DNA of 54,644 bases, taken from positions 1 through 54,644 of the forward strand of contig JANOHV010000076.1 of assembly GCA_031406795.1 (NCBI GenBank). The letters are read 5' to 3'. Both the position numbers and the translations under genes were made by a program. Shown here piece after piece: positions 19,451 to 28,126 of the stretch. Origin of the DNA: Candidatus Rokuibacteriota bacterium. GTDB lineage: Bacteria > JAUVQV01 > DATDCY01. The notes under the pieces are model-generated. The model made no database searches and had not been told where the DNA came from. It was given only the letters and a program-made list of their open reading frames with translations. Each line of letters starts with the position of its first letter. Position 1 is the first letter of the stretch.

Positions 19451-19568
19451 GGGGCTTCTCCCTTGATCGGGTTGGTTCCAACATGCCTCCGCCAATGTAC
19501 CACGAACGAAAACGGCGGGACGCCTGATACGGCGCCCCGCCGACTCTTTTCCGGCAGTAATATCAGCT

Positions 19569-19709
19569 GCCCGAGTCAGTCAGGAGCGTCCTGGTGCGCT
19601 CCAGCAAGGCAGCGTCGAGCGTGCGCGGAGGCGGGCTCGTGCCCGCCGCACAAGCAACGCGAGACACAACGCGGCTGGTGTGCATCAGGGCCTCCTGAAT
19701 GACCCGGGC
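19569..19709 (-). repeat. Repeat family B copy 1: 141-bp long-hairpin (MITE/REP-like) element
   Basis: Terminal inverted repeats GCCCGAGTCAGTCAGGAG / CTCCTGAATGACCCGGGC; reverse complement aligns end to end with 50182-50323. Confidence 0.85.
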
Positions 19710-19718
19710 AAATCTGCC

Positions 19719-20858
19719 TTAGTGCGCCTCGTCGTGGGACATGATGGGCAGGTACAGCACCGCCGCGCGGTAGGCAAACACGGCGAGCGAGACGAGCCCG
19801 ACGCTCAGCGCGATCTCGCTCAGCGCCGGGAAGTACCCGCCGGTGGCGCCGGTGGCCTGCGTCAGAAACGCCACGTTGAACCGGTTCAGGATCACGCCCG
19901 AGATCACGAGCACCTGCGACCAGAGGATCCCGTCCACGGACTTGCGCACCCCGGGGCTGAAGAGCAGGAGCATCGGGACGATGCCGAGGCCGACGACCTC
20001 GATCAGGAAGAGCGCGCTCGCCTTCCCCGACGAGGCGATCAAACCGAGGTTGCCGCGCGCCGCCAGGTCGATGAACCGCGCCCCGAGGTAGACCGCGAGC
20101 GCGATTGCGGTGCCGCGGGCCAGACCGTCGAGCAGCGGCAGCGGCTGCTCCATCTTGAAAGTCCGGTGGCTGACGATTGTCTCGAACGAGACCATCGCCA
20201 GGCCGACCGCGAACGCGCTGAGGTAGAACCAGTAGTTCATCAGCGGCGACCACCAGAGGTGCGAGAGCTTGTGCGGCATCAGCAGGAAGAGCCCGCCGAG
20301 CGAGTTCTGGTGCCCGAAGGAGAGGATGATGCCCGCGATGACCAGCGGCCAGAGCACCACCGGGTGGCGCATGAATTTCGCCGCCCCCGGCATTCCCAGC
20401 CCCTCGAAGAGGTTCGGGGAGAACTCCAGGAAGAGCACCGTCAGGTAGAGCATCACGCAGATCGCGACCTCGAAGAGCATCGAGTGCGGCTGCCACATGA
20501 TCATCGCGTGCCAGATCGTCCAGGGCTTGCCGATGTCGAGGAAGACCCCGGCGGTTACCAGGGCATAGCCGAGGAACGCCGTCAGAATCGCCGGACGGAC
20601 CACCGGCTTGTACTTTTTCCAGCCAAGGACGTAGGCCGCGAGCGTCGTCGTGAACCCCCCGGCGGCCAGCGCGACCCCGATCATGACGTCGAACGTGATC
20701 CACAGCCCCCAGGGGTACTCGTCGGAGAGGTTCGTGGTCGCACTCAGGCCGAACACGAGCCGGTAGATGGCCACCCCGATCCCGAGGATCGCGAGGAGCA
20801 GCGCGAGCGTACCGCCCCCGGACAACAGCTTCGCATCCCGCTTCCGTTCTCCGGCCAT
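19719..20858 (-). CDS. NrfD/HybB-family integral membrane subunit of formate dehydrogenase
   Basis: TNLSDEYPWGLWI.FD, AAGGF, DIGKPW, FEVAIC, HQNSLG, NRFNV; about 10 hydrophobic segments. Confidence 0.93.
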   Translation of the reverse strand: MAGERKRDAKLLSGGGTLALLLAILGIGVAIYRLVFGLSATTNLSDEYPWGLWITFDVMIGVALAAGGFTTTLAAYVLGWKKYKPVVRPAILTAFLGYALVTAGVFLDIGKPWTIWHAMIMWQPHSMLFEVAICVMLYLTVLFLEFSPNLFEGLGMPGAAKFMRHPVVLWPLVIAGIILSFGHQNSLGGLFLLMPHKLSHLWWSPLMNYWFYLSAFAVGLAMVSFETIVSHRTFKMEQPLPLLDGLARGTAIALAVYLGARFIDLAARGNLGLIASSGKASALFLIEVVGLGIVPMLLLFSPGVRKSVDGILWSQVLVISGVILNRFNVAFLTQATGATGGYFPALSEIALSVGLVSLAVFAYRAAVLYLPIMSHDEAH

Positions 20859-20859
20859 G

Positions 20860-21624
20860 CTACTCCCCTCCCTTCGGCCCGCGGTTGCGGACCCACGCCA
20901 GACCGCCGAGCACCGCCACGAAGCCCACGATCTCCATCGGGATCTTCGAGAGCGATGCCCACGTGTTGGGCGGCAGCGCCTGCATCGGCACCTTCGTGTT
21001 GAACCCCAGTTCGGCGAACGGCCGGTCGGCGATGTAGATCCACGCCGTGCCTCCGGCTTCGTTCTCGCCGTAGATGTGCTGCACGTACTTGCCGCCGGTC
21101 AGCCGCTTCTTCGCGACGGCCAGCAGCTCCTCGGCCTCCCCGAAGAGCAGCGCGCCGGTCGGGCAGGTCTTGACGCAGGCCGGCGGCAGGCCGTCCGCCT
21201 GCCGCTCGGCGCAGAAGGTGCACTTCCTGACCCACGGCTGCTGCGCCTTGCTCCACTCGTACTTCGGGATCTCGAAGGGGCAGGCCACCATGCAATAGCG
21301 GCAGCCGATGCACTTGTCGAAATCGTACGACACCGCGCCGCTCTCGGTCTTGACCAGGGCCCCGACCGGACAGGCCGAGGCGCACGCCGGGTCCTTGCAG
21401 TGCAGGCACTGCTCCTTGACGAAGTTCCAGACCGGCATGCCGCCCGCCTCGCCCTCCTGGAAGCGGATCTTGGTGTAGCAGGTCTCGCTCATCGACGGCG
21501 GGTTCTCCAACGACCCCGAAATGACGGTCCTGACGACCGACATCTCGTTCCAGGACTTGCACGCCACCTGGCAGCCGCGGCAGCCGATGCAGCGCGTCAG
21601 ATCGACCAGTACGCTCTTTGGCAT
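20860..21624 (-). CDS. fdnH: Formate dehydrogenase iron-sulfur subunit (4x[4Fe-4S], C-terminal TM anchor)
   Basis: CIGCRGCQVAC, CLHCKDPACASAC, CIGCRYCMVAC, KCTFC...PACVKTC. Confidence 0.93.
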   Translation of the reverse strand: MPKSVLVDLTRCIGCRGCQVACKSWNEMSVVRTVISGSLENPPSMSETCYTKIRFQEGEAGGMPVWNFVKEQCLHCKDPACASACPVGALVKTESGAVSYDFDKCIGCRYCMVACPFEIPKYEWSKAQQPWVRKCTFCAERQADGLPPACVKTCPTGALLFGEAEELLAVAKKRLTGGKYVQHIYGENEAGGTAWIYIADRPFAELGFNTKVPMQALPPNTWASLSKIPMEIVGFVAVLGGLAWVRNRGPKGGE

Positions 21625-21637
21625 CTCGCTGCCCCCC

Positions 21638-24600
21638 CTAAACCTTCTCGACGTTGCACATGAAGGCCTTCGTCTCGGGAATCATCGTGTTGGCGTCGCC
21701 GATGGTCGGCGTCAGCAGGTTGGTGGTGTCGCCGCCGCTGCCGTCCGCCGGCATGTGCCAGCCGAAGCACCACGGCATGCCGACCTGGTGCACGGTCGCG
21801 CCCATCGCCTTGAACGGCCTGAACCGCCCGGTCACGACGGCCCTGCACATCACCTCGCCGCGGGCCGAGGAGACCTTGAGCTTGTCGCCGCTCTTGATCC
21901 CCTTCTCGGCCGCCAGTTCGCGGCTGAGCTCGAGGAAGTTGGACGGCACGGCCTCGAGCAGCCAGGGCGTGTTGCGCGTCATCACCCCGGTCTGCCAGTG
22001 CTCGGTCACGCGGTAGGTCGTGGCGACGAACGGGAAGCGCGTGCTGCAGGACTCGAAGACGTCCTCGGCGTTGCTCTTGGACGCGTCGGTGAAGAAGAGC
22101 TTCGCGGTCGGGTTGATCCGGTGGGACTTCGACATCGGGTTTTCCTGGAACGGGCACTCGAGCGGCTCGTAGTGCTCGGGGAACGGCCCGTCGGCGAGCG
22201 AGTCGTTGCCGAAGATGTTCGCGACGCCGTTCTTCTTCATGATGAACGGCAGGCGCCCGTCAGGGTTGACCTTCCCGTCGGGTGTCTTCAGCGGCGGGTA
22301 GCCGCCGTCGACGACGTCGCCGGCCCACTTGAACAGCGGCGCCCCGGTGGTCGGGTTCTTCTTCTGCTCCTTGGTGGCCGGGTCCACGTCCGGCACCCAC
22401 TTGAGCAGCGCCCGCTTGGCGTCCCAGGGCTTGCCGTACTCGTCGACCGAGGCGCGGTTATAGACGATGCGGCGGTTCACCGGCCAGCTCCACGACCAGT
22501 TCGGGTACAGCCCGAGACCGGTCGGATCCTCCTTGCCGCGGCGGGCCATCCGGTTGCCGGTCTTCGGGTCGAGCGCCACGCCGTCCTTCAGCGCCGGGCC
22601 GCCGTAGGAGCCGCAGTAGATCCACGCGCCGCAGGAGGTCGTGCCGTCGGCCTGCAGCGTCGGGAACGAGGCGACCAGCTGCCCCTTCTTCCAGGTGCTG
22701 GTCACGGCCTTGGTCTTCGGGTCGAGGATCTCCTTGTCGGCGAGCCAGTAGCCGTTGATCTCGCGCGCCACGACGTGCATGTCCACCTTCGCGCCGTAGT
22801 TCCAGGTGGTCTTGAGGACCGGGTCCGGGAAGGCCCCGCCCTCCTTCGCGTACAGCTCGCGGACCTTCAACGCCAGTTCGTTGATGATCTCGCCGTCGGG
22901 GCGCGCCTCCCCGGGGGCCTCGACCGCCTTGTAGCGCCACTGGGCCCAGCGCCCCGAGTTCGAGATGCTCCCCTCCTTCTCGACCGACGAGGCGCAGGGG
23001 AGCAGGAAAACCTCGGTCTTCACGTCGGCCGGGATCACGCCCGGGCCGCGCCAGAACGAGCCGGTCTCGTTGTCGAAGAGGTTGACGTTGACCATCCAGT
23101 CCAGCTTCGCGAGCGCCTTGCGGACCTTGCCGGCGTTCGCCCCGGAGCAGGCCGGGTTCTGCCCCCAGGCGAAGAAGCCCTGGTATGTGCCCTTGAGCAT
23201 CTCGTTGAACAGCACGAGCCAGGAGGCGTTCTGCCCGTCGTTGAGCTTCGGCAGCCACTGGTAGCCGAACTCGTTGTCCGGCGTCGCGTTGTCGCCGAAG
23301 ATCGCCTTGAGGTAGCTGACGAAGTATTTGTTCGAGTTCGAGGGCCAGTTCGCGCTCTGCGGCTCTTTGATCTCGGCCGCGTACCCCTTCACGTAGGCCT
23401 CGAGCGTGTCCTTCGCGGCGACGGGAACCGGCAGGTAGCTCGGCAGGATGTGGAAGAGCAGCCCGTAGTCGGTCGAGCCCTGCACGTTGCTCTCGCCGCG
23501 CAGCGCGTTGATGCCGCCGCCGGCCATGCCCATGTTGCCCAGCAGCTGCTGGATGATCGACATCGCGAGTATGTTCTGGGTCCCGACCGTGTGCTGCGTC
23601 CAGCCCATCGCGTACATCGAGGTGCCGACCTTGTCCGGCGCGTGCGTCGAGGAGTAGGTCTCGTAGACCTTCAGCAGGTCCGCCTTCGGCGTGCCGGTGA
23701 TCGAGGACACGGTGTCCAGGTCGTAGCGGCTGTAGTGCTTCTTCAGCAGCTGCATGACGCACATCGGGTGCTGGAACGTCGGGTCTTTCTTGATCACCCC
23801 GTCCGCCCCGACCTCGAACGCCCAGGCCGCCTTGTCGTACTTGCGCGCCGCCGCATCGTAGCCGGAGAAGATGCCGTCGAGCTCGCCGGGCATCTTGAAG
23901 TCCTTGTTCACGATGAACGACGCGTTCGTGTAGAGCCGGACGTAGTCCTTCTGGATCAGGTCCTTCTGCAGGATGTAGTTGATCATCCCGCCGAGGAAGG
24001 GGATGTCGGAGCCCGAGCGCAGCGACGCGTAGACGTCCGCCATCTTCGAGGTCTTCGTGTAGCGCGGGTCCACGTGGATCAGCTTCGCGCCCTTATCCTT
24101 GGCCTCCATTACCCACTTGAAGGAGATCGGATGGTTTTCCGCCGCGTTGCTCCCCATGATCAGGATGACGTCGGCGTTCTTCAGGTCGATCCAGTGGTTC
24201 GTCATGCACCCGCGACCGTACGACTCTGCCAGAGCCGCCACCGTTGCGGAGTGTCATATCCTGGCCTGGTGTTCGATGGCGACCAGGCCGAGCGAACGCA
24301 GCCACTTCTGGTAGAGGTGGCACTCCTCGTTGTCCAGCGCCGCGGAGCCGAGGCTCGCGAGCGCGTTGGTGCGGTTCACCGTCTGCCCCTTGTCGTTCTT
24401 CTCGACGAACGAGGCGTCGCGGGCCTTCTTGACGCGCTTGGCGATCTCGTCGAGCGCCCACGACCACTCGACGTCCTTCCACTCGGACGCGCCCGGGGCG
24501 CGGTACCTGGGCTTCATCAGGCGCGTCGGGTTGTTGACCAGGCCCATCACCGAGGCGCCCTTGGGGCAGAGGGACCCCTGGTTGATCGGGTGCTCCGGAT

Positions 24601-24808
24601 CGCCCTCGATCTGGATGACCTTGCCGTCCTTCTGGTAGACGAGCATGCCGCAGCCGACCGCGCAGTACGGGCAGATGCTGGTCGTCTTCGTCGCACCGTT
24701 GAGACGGTTCTCGCGTTCGAGAGCCTGCGCCTCTCCCGCGCCGCCGACCGCACCCGCCACCGCGGTGGCGCCGGTCAGTTTGAGGAAGTCTCTCCTCGAT
24801 ACACCCAT
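21638..24808 (-). CDS. fdnG: Selenocysteine-containing Mo/W formate dehydrogenase alpha subunit (Sec185), Tat-exported, 1056 aa
   Basis: Two ORFs joined by an in-frame TGA at 24254-24256 give EHQARI-U-HSATV. Tat motif SRRDFLK, CPYCAVGC..LCPKG, RGESNVQG, PEHYEP, TTYRVTEHW. Confidence 0.96.
24218..24256 (-). promoter_or_regulatory. Sec UGA codon and SECIS-like hairpin of FDH
   Basis: TGA is followed after 12-15 nt by a GCGGCTCT-GGC-AGAGTCGT hairpin. Confidence 0.75.
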
Positions 24809-24849
24809 TGCTGCACCTCCCCTTCCCGCTTCCCGCGGGCACCGCGCAG

Positions 24850-24890
24850 AAAAAAAAGCCGCAGCGGGCGCGCGACTCCCGCTGCGGCTT
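24850..24890 (-). terminator. Intrinsic terminator inside the FDH 5' leader (riboswitch expression platform)
   Basis: AAGCCGCAGCGGG-9 nt loop-CCCGCTGCGGC followed by T8, about 40 nt before the fdnG start. Confidence 0.85.
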
Positions 24891-24974
24891 CCTTTGCAAA
24901 CTGGGCAGGACCGGCGATCGCTCCCCGGACCCTATCGTCCCGCGCGGCCACGAGGGTCGGGCGGAATCGGAAGC
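24887..24974 (-). ncRNA. Moco/Tuco (molybdenum/tungsten cofactor) riboswitch-like aptamer, P3-less variant
   Basis: P1 GCTTCC/GGAAGC; P2 TTCCGC/GCGGGA; AGGG junction; P4 capped by a GCGA (GNRA) loop; 3' signature CCTGC-CCAGTTT-GCAAAGG. Located in the leader of a Mo/W enzyme. Confidence 0.75.
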
Positions 24975-24991
24975 TCGAATTTTCTGCACAT

Positions 24992-25020
24992 CTTGTAGAA
25001 GGGCGCCGCGGAACTGTCAA
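24992..25020 (-). promoter_or_regulatory. Putative sigma70 promoter of the FDH operon
   Basis: Perfect TTGACA, 17 bp spacer, TACAAG; predicted start is about 10 nt upstream of the aptamer. Confidence 0.55.
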
Positions 25021-25080
25021 GCCAAACAATCTATTCCTGACAAGCACTTACCCGTATATACAGATAATGGTTATGAGGGT

Positions 25081-27471
25081 TCACCATCCCGCTACGAGCC
25101 ATCGGGCGCGCTCGATCCAGGTGCGATGAGTTGAAAGCTCCCGCCACGTGCGGACCTCCCAGCCGCGACCGACGCTGCGGAGCAGGATGGCGCCATCGCG
25201 GTCGGTGCGGAAGACGTGACCGACGCTCGCGAGCGCCTGCACGGCGCCCGGTTTCGGATGTCCGTACGTATTTCTCCCGACGGAAATCGCCGACACCTCG
25301 GGCCGCAGCTGCTCGGCGAGTTGCCGGCACGTTTCAGGGGAACCGCCGTGGTGGGGCGCCTGCAGCGCGATGTGCGCGGGCAGCTTTGCGGCAGCAGCGG
25401 CAACTCCCCCGCTCAGCAGCGCTCCGGCGTCCCCGGTGAGGACAACGCCGGTGCTCCGCCAGGACAGCAGCAGCGCGAGCGAATAATCGTTCACGTCCGG
25501 AATCCCCGCGGGGCCGCCGGCCACCGACGGGGGGTTCAGGACCAGGACCTCGACCCCGCCCCCCAGCGTCCTCGTCATCCCGCGAACCAGCGGCTGCGCA
25601 CCCTCACCGCGCCAGGTTTCGCCGACTGCCATACCCCGGCGCACCGCCCCGACCCCGCCGTCATGATCCGGGTGCGGGTGGCTGATCACCAGCGTTTCGA
25701 GTTTCGTCACCCCCAGACGCCGCAGCGCCGGGACCACGATTCGCGCCCCGGCGTCGTAGTCCCGCCAGCGCGGACCGGCATCATAGAGAAGGGCGCCGCC
25801 CGCGGGCAGGAGCACGGCGGTGGACAGACCCTGCCCGACATCGAGCACCGCCACGAGCACCCGCTGCCCGTGTGTGGCGATCGACCATCCGGCGGCCGCA
25901 ATAGTCGCCGCGGCACAACCGCCGACGCACCACTCCTGCAAGCGGCGCGTCGCCCGGGGCAGCAGCGTGCCCGCCAGGACCAGCAGGCAGAGCGTCAACA
26001 GCAACGGCGGTCGCGCAGTCTCGAGGATCGCCCATGAGGGTCGGGCGAACCACGCGGCGATCTCCACCAGACACCCCGACGACCAGAGCGCCACCGCGGC
26101 GAAATGCGAACCGGCGGGTGCCCAACACGCAGTCGCCACGATGGCCAGCCAACCGGCCGGCAGCACGACGAAGCCGGTGAACGGCACGGCAATCAGGTTG
26201 GCCAGAGGCCCGACGAGAGACACCTGCTGGAAATGAAAGGCGACCAGCGGGGCGGTCACCGCGGAGGCGGCGAGCGAAATGATCATCAGCGAGCGGGAGG
26301 CGCCATAGAGCCGCCGCACCCTTCCCTCAGCAGCGGCTGTCGGCGCCCGCACCAGCTGCACCCGGGAGGCCACGAGCATCAGCGCGGCCACCGCCGCGAA
26401 CGAGAGTTGAAAGGACGCCGAGAACAGCGAGCGCGGATCCCAGGCGACGATGGCGAGCGCAGCCAGCGCCCAAGCGTCCGCCGCGTCGACGCGCCTCCAG
26501 AGCACCACGGCGACCAGCCCGGCGGCGCTCGATATCACCGCTCGCCCGACGGGGATCTGACTCCCCGAGAAGAGCATGAAGAACCAGAGCGAGGGCAAGG
26601 TGAGCAGCGCGGCGACCGGTTGGACCGGGAATCGCAGCGCCAGCGGCTCCAGCAGCGAGACTCCCCGCCGCAACAGCACGAACACGAGCGCCGCGAGAAA
26701 GCCGACGTTCATGCCGGAGATCGCCAGCAGGTGGGTCAGCCCGGAGCGCAGGAAGTCCTGCTGGATCTGCGCTGGGATTCCCGCGCGCTCCCCGGTCGTC
26801 AACGAATTGAGAATCTGCGCCGCCGGCCCGGGGTGCGCTTTCCAGAAGCCGTCCGCGGCGGCGCGCCAACGCAGCACCGCGGAGGCCGGACCACGCCCCG
26901 GGTCATTCCCGTTGCGCCTGATCCAGGCCGCGGAGGGCACGATGAGCCTCGCCGCGTAACGCCTGCCGCGCGTCGAGATCGGTCCCGGAAACCACCCGAG
27001 ATTGCGGTCGCCGCGGATCAGCCGCACCTTGCCCCGCGCCGTGAGCAGATCGCCGACGGCGTACGCCGCGCCTCCGCCGACGACGATCTGGAGCGGCAAT
27101 TCCAGGTGGCTGGTCATCCCTTGCCGGCGCAGAATCGGGTCTTCAAGGTGGAGTACCGTCTCGCCGTCGCGAAACTCCGCCGGCCGTCCGACTCGCCCGC
27201 AGGCAACCGCGTCGCCCTCGACGAGGGAGGGCGCCCCGGCGTAGAGCGGGGCAAGATCACTCTGGAGGCGGAAGACGCCGACGACCGCGAAGGCCGCCAG
27301 GGCCAGCCTCCTCCCGGCGGCGAGAGACCCCGCTGCCCAACTCGCCCCCCCGAGCGCGAGAGTCGCCGCGGCCGCCCAGCCCCAGGCCGCAGGCTCCTGC
27401 GGCAGCCAGGCCCCGAGGGCGACGCCGACCACGAACGCGAGCGACGCCGCAAGCACGGGCCGGCCGAACAT
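25081..27471 (-). CDS. comEC: DNA internalization competence protein ComEC/Rec2
   Basis: SGLTHLLAISGMNV, SFQLSF, LDVGQG, ISHPHPDH, LTGD, PHHGGS, YGHP, RTDRDG. Confidence 0.96.
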   Translation of the reverse strand: MFGRPVLAASLAFVVGVALGAWLPQEPAAWGWAAAATLALGGASWAAGSLAAGRRLALAAFAVVGVFRLQSDLAPLYAGAPSLVEGDAVACGRVGRPAEFRDGETVLHLEDPILRRQGMTSHLELPLQIVVGGGAAYAVGDLLTARGKVRLIRGDRNLGWFPGPISTRGRRYAARLIVPSAAWIRRNGNDPGRGPASAVLRWRAAADGFWKAHPGPAAQILNSLTTGERAGIPAQIQQDFLRSGLTHLLAISGMNVGFLAALVFVLLRRGVSLLEPLALRFPVQPVAALLTLPSLWFFMLFSGSQIPVGRAVISSAAGLVAVVLWRRVDAADAWALAALAIVAWDPRSLFSASFQLSFAAVAALMLVASRVQLVRAPTAAAEGRVRRLYGASRSLMIISLAASAVTAPLVAFHFQQVSLVGPLANLIAVPFTGFVVLPAGWLAIVATACWAPAGSHFAAVALWSSGCLVEIAAWFARPSWAILETARPPLLLTLCLLVLAGTLLPRATRRLQEWCVGGCAAATIAAAGWSIATHGQRVLVAVLDVGQGLSTAVLLPAGGALLYDAGPRWRDYDAGARIVVPALRRLGVTKLETLVISHPHPDHDGGVGAVRRGMAVGETWRGEGAQPLVRGMTRTLGGGVEVLVLNPPSVAGGPAGIPDVNDYSLALLLSWRSTGVVLTGDAGALLSGGVAAAAAKLPAHIALQAPHHGGSPETCRQLAEQLRPEVSAISVGRNTYGHPKPGAVQALASVGHVFRTDRDGAILLRSVGRGWEVRTWRELSTHRTWIERARWLVAGW

Positions 27472-27545
27472 CCTCCTCCTTCAGCTTGAGACGGTCATAA
27501 TGCCCGGGGCGAAGACTTGCGCCACCTCGCGATCGACGGAGCCGA

Positions 27546-27836
27546 TCAGCGGGGCGGCAACTCGTTGCCGAGCAGATCGAAGCGCCGTTCGCCGGTGACA
27601 TTGAACAGCTCGCGCGCCGCGGCCTTCGCGACGCTCCTCCCCGCGGGCAGGGCGAGGATTTCAACGGTGAGTTCACGCGTAGGCAGCAGCAGCGCGATCC
27701 GGTCTCCCGGGCTGACCTCGCGCCCGGCCTTCGCCGTCTGGCCGTTCACGGTCACCTCGCCGGCGTCGCAAAGTTCCTTGGCACCGCTCCGCCGCGGCAC
27801 GAGCCGCGACAGCTTCAGGTACAGGTCGAGCCGCAT
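27546..27836 (-). CDS. S4-domain RNA-binding protein (Hsp15/YabO-like)
   Basis: MRLDLYLKLSRLVPRRSGAKELCDAGEVTVNG..AK..V.PGD; GGAGG RBS. Confidence 0.92.
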   Translation of the reverse strand: MRLDLYLKLSRLVPRRSGAKELCDAGEVTVNGQTAKAGREVSPGDRIALLLPTRELTVEILALPAGRSVAKAAARELFNVTGERRFDLLGNELPPR

Positions 27837-27877
27837 GTGCCGGTCCTCCGTTCTGACGGTTACTGAGTGCAGCAAGA

Positions 27878-27906
27878 ACCATACCGCCCGTCGGCAGCAG
27901 CCGCAA
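27878..27906 (-). promoter_or_regulatory. Putative sigma70 promoter for the S4 protein gene and comEC
   Basis: TTGCGG-17 bp-TATGGT. Confidence 0.4.
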
Positions 27907-28126
27907 GAGTCCGCTACTTCTCGCCTGGTGCGACCCGGAGCGCCGACAGCGCGGTTGAGTTTTCCGCCGCGGTGTGTCCGTCGGGAACAGATGCCGGGGG
28001 ACGAACGCTCCCGGCGCGCTCAGGATAATCGCCCGCCTTGCCTCCCGGCATGATTGCAACGGCTAACCCCGCACCCGGCAGGGCAGGCCCTGCGAACTCC
28101 CCGAGCCGTCCGACAAGCGCCCGGAA

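Noticed and set aside
19283-24256. Treating the DsbA-like and FDH genes as nonsense pseudogenes
   Set aside because: Both TGAs fall exactly on catalytic Cys-equivalent positions and have downstream SECIS-like hairpins.
25050-25076. ModE-type operator upstream of the FDH promoter (CGTATATA...)
   Set aside because: Only one half-site resembles the ModE consensus, which is not enough to call, although the AT-rich tract may bind a regulator.
21521-25129. Long antisense and alternate-frame ORFs (e.g. 1202 aa at 21521, 1052 aa at 41389, 152 aa at 30)
   Set aside because: Shadow ORFs of real genes in high-GC DNA; Arg/Ala-rich with no recognisable motifs.
27910-28126. Possible ncRNA in the intergenic region between the S4 gene and the MCP
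   Set aside because: Only short GC hairpins expected by chance; no recognisable motif.
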